A stretch of 64,000 nucleotides of DNA, from positions 30,582,628 to 30,646,627 of the forward strand of contig OZ037767.1 in NCBI GenBank assembly GCA_964035545.1, read 5' to 3'. Under the pieces are notes generated by a model. That model was not told the origin of the DNA. It saw only the letters and a program-made list of their open reading frames with translations, and ran no database searches. The DNA is from Bugula neritina (lineage: Eukaryota > Animalia > Bryozoa). The position numbers were made by a program, and so were the translations under genes. The number at the start of each line of letters is the position of its first letter. Positions within the stretch are counted from its first letter, which is position 1. This document shows positions 51,350 to 62,000 of this stretch, in pieces.

Positions 51350-51885
51350 TGTATACCCCTCTGATATACTATATACCCCTCTGATATACTATATACCCTC
51401 TGATATACTATATACCCCTCTGATATACTATATACCCCTCTGATATACTATATACCCTCTGATATACTATATACCCCTCTGATATACTATATACCCCTCT
51501 GATATACTATATACCCCTCTGATACACTATATACCCTCTGATATACTATATACCCCTCTGATATACTATATACCCTCTGATATACTATATACCCCTCTGA
51601 TATACTATATACCCCTCTGATATACTATATACCCTCTGATACACTATATACCCCTCTGATATACTATATACCCCTCTGATATACTATATACCCTCTGATA
51701 CACTATATACCCTCTGATACACTATATACCCTCTGATACACTATATACCCTCTGATACACTATATACCCTCTGATACACTATATACCCTCTGATACACTA
51801 TATACCCCTCTGATATACTATATACCCTCTGATACACTATATAACCCTCTGATATACTATATACCCCTCTGATATACTGTATACT
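51350..51885. repeat. 19/20-bp minisatellite (CCCTCTGATAYACTATATA[C]), about 27 copies, just upstream of the RNF41 first coding exon acceptor
   Basis: Tandem units read directly from the sequence. Confidence 0.93.
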
Positions 51886-52974
51886 CCTCGGGAGCATCAT
51901 AAAAAATTACCTATAAAGTTGGTATTTATTAGCTTTACACAAAACACAAACATTATATAAAAGAATAGTGAATTGCATTTATTACAACTACAAGTATAAA
52001 CATAAACCAAAACTATATGTGCATTATCATGAATATTACTTAATTTTAACCAGTAGCAGCAGTTGCAAAATCAAAACAAACTCGGAGTTTCACTTTTAAA
52101 TTGAACTTCAAGTATCAACATCAAATTCAATGATAATCATAATAAATATAATTATAACACTAATACTAATAGTAATAGCAATATTATTACACTATTACGA
52201 TTAGTCATTAGTACAACTACAAGTATTATTAATATTATTAGCACAAATAGTACTACAAGTACCTCAGCACTCCGTTTGTCTCACTAGGAGTCCAATTACC
52301 ATTAGGCATTAGCTTAACTTCAAGTTTAACTAGTATAATTATAACATTAACTATTAGTATTACTATAAGATTAGGTATAACTATAAGTATAAGTATAACT
52401 CAAACTATAAGTATAAGTATAACTCAACTGTAATTGTATAACTATAGTCCATAACTATAAGTATAACTATTACATTTACTATGACTGTAACTATAAGACT
52501 AAGTATAACTATAACAGTATAAGATTAGGAATAATTTAATAATATTAATACTACTAGTACTAGCCATTAATTAAACTAAAACACTACTAAATTTATTACG
52601 TTTCAAAACCCACGTATTAATAATCAGCTGTAAGTGTATCAGTATGTTTAGCTGTGTCTACGACTTTGAAAAATTGACATATCTGTCTGAGTGTTTCTAA
52701 AAACTTGGAACATCCAACTCACAGTGATCCAACTTTTGTTGGTGAGAAGTCCGCAGTAACGCACTTGATCTAAATTTTATTTGATCCAAAATGCTATTTG
52801 TGAAAATAACGATTTCTTTTAATAACATTTCCTGTACTGGGCTTTGCCGCCGTCACTTTCGCTTTATTTACCTGAATTTACCTGAATCCACTCTTCCTGA
52901 CATAAAAGAGTGGGCTAAGGGGAGAAAGCCAGTGACTTATTTAACCCCAATAATGTAGCATACAAATGTATGCC

Positions 52975-53545
52975 TAATAGAGTTTTAAAAGCAAGTACAG
53001 AGTTAGAGCATCAATTGCTGCCTGGGGAAGTGCGTTCCAAACATCAATTACTCTTAATTAAGGAGAAAAAAATGTTTTCTCAGACTAATGTTAGTTCTTG
53101 TATGCTGTTTACAGATCTTTAGTGAGTGACCTCTAGTATGTGTAACATTTGACAATGTAAAAAATTTTGCAGAATCTACTAAGTCATATCCTTTTATTAT
53201 TTTCAAAGTTTGTATAAGGTCACATCTAATCCTTCTAAATTGAAATTCTAAGGTATCCAGTTTAAGTCTTCTCCTACGTAGATTATAGGCTTCCTCCTTG
53301 TTTGATGACACTAACTTCGTAAATCTTCTCTGAACTCCTTCAATAAGCTTGATGTCCTTTAACAAACTAGGAGACCAGGCAGGGACAGCATATTCTAAGT
53401 CGAAGGTCAAACAAGAGATTTATACTTATAGAGTTTTAATAAGACATCTGCTCTTCTCGTGCTGAAAGTCCTTTTTATCATTCCTAATATTTTATTTGCT
53501 TTTACTACACATGAACTAATGTGACTTTCACTCTTCAGATTTTGC
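52975..53545 (-). mobile_element. Decayed CR1/L2-group LINE, 3' end of ORF2 (post-RT region), frameshifted
   Basis: Translates to HISSCVVKANKILGMIKRTF...LLKLYK..SLV / LEYAVPAWSP...KDIKLIEGVQRRFTKLV...L.TLE..RRIRCDLI...TRGHSLK...RKHFF / RVIDVWNALP, which is typical of the CR1-type ORF2 C-terminus. It is split over several frames. Confidence 0.9.
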
Positions 53546-54804
53546 TTAAAATTACAATGAAAGTGACATTCATTTTCAAATTGGCAAGTTGATATTTTTA
53601 TTTTCAAGTTTAGCAGTTATTCTGGGGTGTGTTTTATCATGTTTGTTGACCATCACAATAAGTTGTTCATGTTATGATTTAGTATTTTAAAGCTATTAAG
53701 TACTTATAATATAATTTGATGTATTTTCCATTACTGTATAAATCTGTATCAGTGTAAGTGAGTATTACATTTTGATTTTCATTTTGATTTACTCAATCTA
53801 ATAGTCATACTGATACTCATAGTCTCATACTCATAGTCATATTCATCTGTCATAGTCATAGAGAATATCATAGTCATACTGATCCTCACACTGGTAGTGA
53901 TTCTCATAGTCATTGTCTAAGTCATACTCATAGTTATACTTATAATATTAGTTATAGTAAAAGTACTGTTACTGTTAGTACTAATAGTAATAGTAATTAT
54001 AATACTAATAGTAACACTAATAGGCAATAGTAATTACTATTAGTAATACTAATATATACTGTGAACGTGATAGTCGGTGAGTGTGACAGTCTGACACTCA
54101 TACTGATACTCTTATTGATAGTGATGCTGATACACTCTTACACTTACAGTGATAGTCATACTGATAGTGATAGTGAGTCACTGTCAGTGTCACACTCACT
54201 GATGCCGAGCCAAAACGTGATGTTCGTACTGGTACTGATAGTCATTGACTAATTGATTTTGACACCAACACTTTGTCATACCCATACTCAGCTACTCATA
54301 TTGATAATGAATTATTTATAATAATGTACTTGTACCTATATTCTCATATTTAGACTCTTATTTATGAGCATCACTATAATTCAATTCGTATTTATTATTG
54401 GTATAAAATTGAAATAGTTATGATTATTACTAGTACTACTTGTTTTAGATTTATAAAATTAGATTAAAAATCTAGTTATTTGATATTTGATGTGCTGTCC
54501 GGTATTTCACACATCAAAAGGAAGCCATTTATAAACAAATGGTATAGTGTTTTATGCCCATACAACTTAACCATATGATGATTGTATTGCATCATATTGC
54601 AAAGCTGTGTGCTGAATCTCAGTTCTGTTCAATGCTGTTAAATCTAATAACTAATTTGTACTATTTATATCCAAATTATTTGTTTTTCTAACTTATGCTG
54701 TCTATGAATAGAAAATATTATAGTTAGCAGAAGCTAGTTTTGTACTACCAGCATTTTATCTCTGCATTCTAATGCCAAGCATTGTTTTAGTTTGACTTAC
54801 CATT

Positions 54805-54878
54805 AACTCACTCACTCACTCACTCACTCACTCACTCACTCACTCACTCACTCACTCACTCACTCACTCACTCACTCA
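54805..54878. repeat. (ACTC)n tetranucleotide microsatellite
   Basis: Read directly from the sequence. Confidence 0.95.
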
Positions 54879-54992
54879 TCAAAGATGGGAACAAAGGAAG
54901 TAGCTAGTAATGTATAACTAGTTATTACTTAATAATTTGTGTTGGGGGGGGGAATTAATCTAGCTTTAACAAGCTCATGTACAGTACATTAT

Positions 54993-55070
54993 GTGTGTGC
55001 TAGCTGTGGCTGTGTGTGCTAGCTGTGGCTGTGTGTGCTAACTGTGGCTGTGTGTGCTAACTGTGGCTGT
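54993..55070. repeat. 19-bp tandem repeat (TGTGTGTGCTARCTGTGGC) x4
   Basis: Read directly from the sequence. Confidence 0.85.
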
Positions 55071-55297
55071 ATGTGTACACCAATAGGCAGCTTAAGGCAA
55101 CAACTCAGCAGAAGTCACTAACTGAGTGGATAATTCTCATTAATATTCTGATGCTACTCTAATTGCTAATCATTGATTCACTCTGTAATTGAATGTATCC
55201 GAAGTTAGTTTTGAAATTAGCTTGTAGTTACTTAGATACTGGGTGAGATAATCAAGTGCAATAGGTCAGGATTTCCTCACTGCAGATATGGGGCAGT

Positions 55298-55980
55298 AAG
55301 AGAGAGAGAGTGGGAGATAATAAGAGAGAGAGAGAGAGTGGGAGATAATAAGAGAGAGACAGTGGGAGATAATAAGAGAGAGACAGTGGGAGATAATAAG
55401 AGAGGGTACTAAGAAAGAGGGTTACTGGGAGAGAGAGGGTAAGATAGTAGGAGAAAGAGGGTTACTGGGAGAGAGAGGGTAAGATAGTAGGAGAACGAGG
55501 GTTACTGGGAGAGAGAGGGTAAGATAGTAGGAGAAAGAGGGTAGTATGAGAGAGAGGGTACTAGGAGAAAGAGGGTAGGTAGTATGAGAGAGATAAGGGA
55601 AAGAGGGTAGTATGAGAGAGAGGGTACTAGAAGAAAGAGGGTAGTATGAGAGAGAGGGTAGTAGAAGAAAGAGGGTAGTATGAGAGAGAGGGTACTAGAA
55701 GAAAGAGGGTAGTATGAGAGAGAGGGTACTAGAAGAAAGAGGGTAGTATGAGAGAGAGGGTACTAGAAGAAAGAGGGTAGTATGAGAGAGAGGGTAGTAG
55801 AAGAAAGAGGGTAGTATGAGAGAGAGGGTACTAGAAGAAAGAGGGTAGTATGAGAGAGAGGGTACTAGAAGAAAGAGGGTAGTATGAGAGAGAGGGTACT
55901 AGAAGAAAGAGGGTAGTATGAGAGAGAGGGTAGTAGAAGAAAGAGGGTAGTATGAGAGAGATAAGGGAAAGAGGGGAGGA
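55298..55980. repeat. Purine-rich compound minisatellite (main unit about 34 bp, GAGGGTAGTATGAGAGAGAGGGTACTAGAAGAAA) ending about 60 nt before the DAGL first coding exon
   Basis: Tandem units read directly from the sequence; unit variants change along the array. Confidence 0.9.
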
Positions 55981-56064
55981 CGAGATACTAAGCACTGTTG
56001 ATTTGAAAACCAATTCAATTGCTTTCTGTTGTCTGCTAGGTTTAACTGAGGGGACGCGGCTGCA

Positions 56065-59000
56065 ATGCCCGGACTAGTTGTCTTCAACCGCAGATGGTTC
56101 ATAGGCTCTGATGACCTGCCAGTTCCTGCTATGATTCTGGTTTTCCTCAACTCTGTGTGGTGAGTCACTATTAACTCAATGTGAATAGAGGCTTTTCACA
56201 AGCCCTCTGGGGACATTTGTATTTTGAAGTTGTCTCCTCCCAGACGGGCGTGGTGTAGTCTCCATGATATATAGAACAAGCACATAAAATCAGTAGAAAT
56301 TTAAGGTTTGTGTGAAGACTATTGCTAGTACGAGTTTCATTTTTTCTGAGATTAATATTTTGGCATAAGCACACAGGTTAGCAGTTCCAGAAAAATTTTA
56401 AAAATTTTCTTTCTTCAAAAATCTTGAGAAAAATTAACTTCAAAGCATGTTTGTGGTTTTGGTTACTGTATGAGCAAGCTGAATTGGCAACTATGAGATA
56501 AGTCCCATTAATCATTTGTTATGCTGGCTGTCATATTCAATTTATAGCTGTTGACCTTTCAACTCTTTGGTCAGAATGTGCTGTTAACACAGTGTTAGAG
56601 CACTGCTACTCTGCTAGTGCACTGAATGAGACAGCAGATTAGCTGTGTTAGCATTTTCATTACACTTACACACTTATGCTATGAGAATAGCTAGACTATA
56701 ACCTCAACATCCATCATTTTCACAAAAAGCATTCTCACAAAACTATAAATATATATTAAATAGACAGATTAAATTTGTAGTATCAAAATGATGTGTGTGC
56801 ATGTGCACTTAATTACACTTTGAAGAGTTTGTGCTACATTATGTTCAAAGGACCCTAAATGCTTTACATAGTTTCATGTTTTGGCTAAAACTTCTTTAAA
56901 AGAAAAATATTACCAAGAAAAGCAAAGCTCAGTTTATGCAAAAATTTATTAAAAACACTTTATATTTAGGCAGGCATCTTTTCATTCAGTATCAATCCAT
57001 CTTGAAATATTTTGTCTGCCCTATATCTTCATTGCATATTTTACAACAGGTCTAATAGTTTTATTTAAAAGATTTAATTGAAATGTTATACTTGATTTTA
57101 ACTTACATATCCTCGCTCATGCCTATTTTAAGATAATACCTGTAATATTCTAATTGGTGCTGTCGTGACTTATAGCCAACCTCTAAAATTTTATGTCATT
57201 CAAATATGAGTCTCAAATTTAAAAAAGGCTTTATATTTTATAACATTTTGTGACCCATGGGATCAGCCAAGCTAGTTGTATAACTGCAGTTGAGTGTCAA
57301 TAACACTAGCTCATGATATTTGAAGCATGGGAAGTTGAGGAGCTATAACATTAAACAGTTTAACTGAAAACCCAAGCAAAATGTTAATAACCCAATTTCA
57401 TCAACATGCTTTCACTGCTTCACTTGTAAGAATCTGCTTAATACTTTTCAGGGCGTTCTACCACTTATATTATATTCAGTTAGTTTGTATCAAATCCTCT
57501 CTCTACTTTCCATTAGATTTGCACCTCAATCATCACACAGATCAATACTTATAGGCCACTCGATTGCAACTCTTAGCCTAGGGCCACACGGTGCGTATTT
57601 TCGCATGCGACAATTGAAATCACAAGTAGCAAAGGTGTCCACTATATATTATTATATGCTCCAGGGTTATAGCCCTAGTCTCCATGGTAATAGAAGTACA
57701 CATGACAGACGGGTGGAGAGAGGATTGCTCTGGGGGTTTCCTATGGTACCCAATCGTGACAATAGGTCTACTAGCTCTCCTCACTGTAAATGATGTTTTT
57801 ATAGCCGTGCAGAGTGCTAAGGGCGGAGTTTTTGATAAAAAGGCTCGACACAATATCCCTGCGCTACTTTATATACGTACAGGTGAGTTTATATATACAT
57901 ACAGGTGAGTTTATATACGTACAGGTGAGTTTATATACGTACAGGTGAGTTTATATACGTACAGGTGAGTTTATATACGTACAGGTGAGTTTATATACGT
58001 ACAGGTAAAAAGTAAAAATCTGTTTTTAATTTAAATGAAGTTGAGTTTATCTAAATAAGCAGAAAATTTAACAATTTTGCACTTATACCGAGAGTCTACT
58101 TGTTGTATCTGTAAATGTAATGAGTAATCGTCTCACTTGTAATGAGGAATTGTGTTCCCCTGTAATTCTCTCGTACTGATTGCAGCTCTGCTAGTCGTGG
58201 AAATCGTCTGGGCATGCTCAGGGTGTGTGCTGCTCAATTGGAAGCTGAGAACAAGTCAGTGCGACAGCTCAGACCTTGTCTACACCCTCCTCTGTGGTGA
58301 GTATACACTAGTATCTCTACTAACTCACCTGTAGTATATACTAGTACCTCTACTAACTCACCTGTAGTATATACTAGTACCTCTACTAACTCACCTGTAG
58401 TATATACTAGTATCTCTACCAACTCAGCTGTAGTATATACTAGTACCTCTACTAACTCAGCTGTAGTATATACTAGTACCTCTACTAACTCACCTGTAGT
58501 ATATACTAGTATTTCTACTAACTCACCTGTAGTATATACTAGTATCTCTACTAACTCACCTGTAGTATATACTAGTATCTCTACTAACTCACCTGTAGTA
58601 TATACTAGTACATGTACTAACTCACCTGTAGTATATACTAGTACCTCTACTAACTCACCTGTAGTATATACTAGTATTTCTACTAACTCACCTGTAGTAT
58701 ATACTAGTATCTCTACTAACTCACCTGTAGTATATACTAGTACCTCTACTAACTCAGCTGTAGTATATACTAGTACCTCTACTAACTCACCTGTAGTATA
58801 TACTAGTATTTCTACTAACTCACCTGTAGTATATACTAGTATCTCTACTAACTCACCTGTAGTATATACTAGTACCTCTACTAACTCAGCTGTAGTATAT
58901 ACTAGTACCTCTACTAACTCACCTGTAGTATATACTAGTACATGTACTAACTCACCTGTAGTATATACTAGTACCTCTACTAACTCACCTGTAGTATATA

Positions 59001-62000
59001 CTAGTACCTCTACTAACTCACCTGTAGTATACACTTGTACCTCTACTAACTCAGCTGTAGTATATACTAGTACCTCTACTAACTCAGCTGTAGTATATAC
59101 TTGTACCTCTACTAACTCAGCTGTAGTATATACTAGTACCTCTACTAACTCAGCTGTAGTATATACTAGTACCTCTACTAACTCAGCTGTAGTATATACT
59201 AGTACCTCTACTAACTCACCTGTAGTATATACTAGTACCTCTACTAACTCACCTGTAGTATATACTAGTACCTCTACTAACTCACCTGTAGTATATACTT
59301 GATGCTCACAAGAATAAGAAAAGCTGATGGACATTTAAATCCTCCCAAATTGTCTGCACAAAATTGCCACTTTTTCTTGTCTGTGACGAGTCCGAAGTCC
59401 GTCTAATGTGGCGACACGCTAACCGTTTGTGCTAACCATTTGTAGTGGTTGTGGGGAGTAACATGGTGGTGATATTCTTCACTCTACTAACTATCTACAT
59501 GTGCTTTGACTCAGCTGGAAGAACTTTCACAAAGTTCCAAAATCTTCAGCAGAACTCAGCTGATAATTCTACGAGCAGTGAACCAACCCTGAGGTTCGTC
59601 GTCTAACCTTTAACTTCTGTTGTCTAAGTTACCTTTTGTCATCTAAACTTTGTGTGTCTGTCCTTGAACTTCTAATATTGCTAATAATAATAGTAATAAA
59701 TAAATATAGTTTAGAAAGTCCTATATGATTATATTTTATTCAGACTACAAAATGTTTTATTACATTTAATTCTATATAAAAGGTATCCAGATGTTTGTAA
59801 ACTAATAGAGGCTTTTCACAAGCCCTCTGGGGACATTTGTATTTTGAAGTTGTCTCCTCCCAGACGGGCGTGGTGTAGTCTCCATGATATATAGAACAAG
59901 CACATAAAATCAGTAGAAATTTAAGGTTTGTGTGAAGACTATTGCTAGTACGAGTTTCATTTTTTCTGAGATTAATATTTTGGCATAAGCACACAGGTTA
60001 GCAGTTCCAGAAAAATTTTAAAAATTTTCTTTCTTCAAAAATCTTGAAAAAAATTAACTTCAAAGCATGTTTGTGGCTTTGGTTACTGCATGAACAAGCT
60101 GAATTGGCAACTATGAGATAAGTCCCATTAATCATTTGTTATGCTGGCTGTCATATTTAATTTATATCTGTTGCCCTTTCAACTCTTTGGTCAGAATATG
60201 CTGGTAACACAGTCTTAGAGCACTGCTAGTGAATAAGACAGCAGATTAGCTGTGTTAGAATTTTCAATTAACTATACTTATACACTTATGCTGTGAGAAT
60301 AGCTAGACTATAACCTCAACACCCATCATTTTCACAAAAAGCATTTTCACGAGGCTATAGATATATATTAAATAGACAGATTAAATTTGTAGTATAGAAC
60401 GAATATGAAATGTGCTTTGATACATGCCGGTTAATTTTCTAAAACAAGTTAAATGCATCTATTACAATTGTAACAATTGTGCTCAAATAAATATATATCT
60501 AGATAATTTAATCAAAAACCCAGATAGCCTTTTAGCAGTTGGCATTCAGGTCCTTGTGTTACAGTTTTGTTATTTCTTAATTATGCCTGTGGCTTGTAGC
60601 ATTTAGGAGCATGCAGTAGTGAAGAAATTGAGATAGCCTAAGTTCTTTAAGTTTCTTTACAAATGTTGGTGTTGCGTATAACACAACTTTTTTGCTACAT
60701 TTCTAATCTAGAACAAAGGATTTTCTCAATTTCTCCATTAGTACTGCATCTACCTCGTGTGTGGTAGTCATCTCTGTCAGCTGCGGTAGATTCAAGATTC
60801 TAGTTAATGTAGGTGCATGGTAGGTTAAAATATAGTTATATGATAAAATTGGTACAATATAAAATAGGTAAACTAAGCTAATCACTACTGCACCTGAAAG
60901 CCCAAGATTCCCAACTCATCAAATTGCAGCATAAACTGAATTATCTGAAAATTACTTTAGAAGGAAATTCTGGTTGAAAAGTATTAAGCAGATTCTTACA
61001 AGTGAAGCAGTGAAAGCATGTTGATGAAATTGGGTTATTAACATTTTGCTTGGGTTTTCAGTTAAACTGTTTAATGTTATAGCTTCTCAACTTCCCATGC
61101 TTCAAATATCATTAGCTAGTGTTATTGACACTCAACTGCAGTTATACAACTAGCTTGGCTGATCCCATGGGTCACAAAATGTTATAAAATATAAAGCCTT
61201 TCTTTAATTTGAGACTCACATTTGAATAACATAAAATTTTAGAGGTTGGCTATAAGTCACGACAGCACCAATTAGAATATTACAGCTATTATCTTAAAAT
61301 AGGCATGAATGAGGATATGTAAGTTAAAATCAAGTATAACATTTCAATTAAATCTTTTAAATAAAACTATTAGACCTGTTGTAAAATATGCAATGAAGAT
61401 ATAGGGCAGACAAAATATTTCAAGATGGATCGATACTGAATGAAAAGATGCCTGCCTAAAAATAAAGTGTTTTTAATAAATTTTTGCATAAACTGAGCTT
61501 TGCTTTTCTTGGTAATATTTTTCTTTTAAAGAAGTTTTAGCCATAACATGAAACTATGTAAAGCATTTACGGTCCCTTGAACATAATGTAGCACAAACTC
61601 TTCAAAGTGTAATTAAGTGCACATGCTACCACACATCATTTCGATACTACAAATTTAATCTGTCTATTTAATATATATTTATAGTTTTGTGAGAATGCTT
61701 TTTGTGAAAATGATGGATGTTGAGGTTATAGTCTAGCTATTCTCATAGCATAAGGGAAGTGTAATGAAAATGCTAACACAGCTAACCTGCTGTCTCATTC
61801 AGTGCACTAGCAGAGTAGCAGTGCTCTAACACTGTGTTAACAGCACATTCTGACCAAAGAGTTGAAAGGTCAACAGCTATAAATTGAATATGACAGCCAG
61901 CATAACAAATGATTATTGGGACTTATCTCATAGTTGCCAATTCAGCTTGCTCATACAGTAACCAAAACCACAAACATGCTTTGAAGTTGATTTTTCTCAA

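Noticed and set aside
58292-59300. CRISPR-like appearance of the 33-bp array and other arrays
   Set aside because: The units are contiguous with no unique spacers, there are no cas genes, and the DNA is eukaryotic.
58234-59334. 366-aa minus-strand ORF of YTTGELVEVLV repeats
   Set aside because: It is the translation of a 33-bp intronic minisatellite whose unit happens to lack a stop in one frame. It is antisense to DAGL, with no other sign of being a gene.
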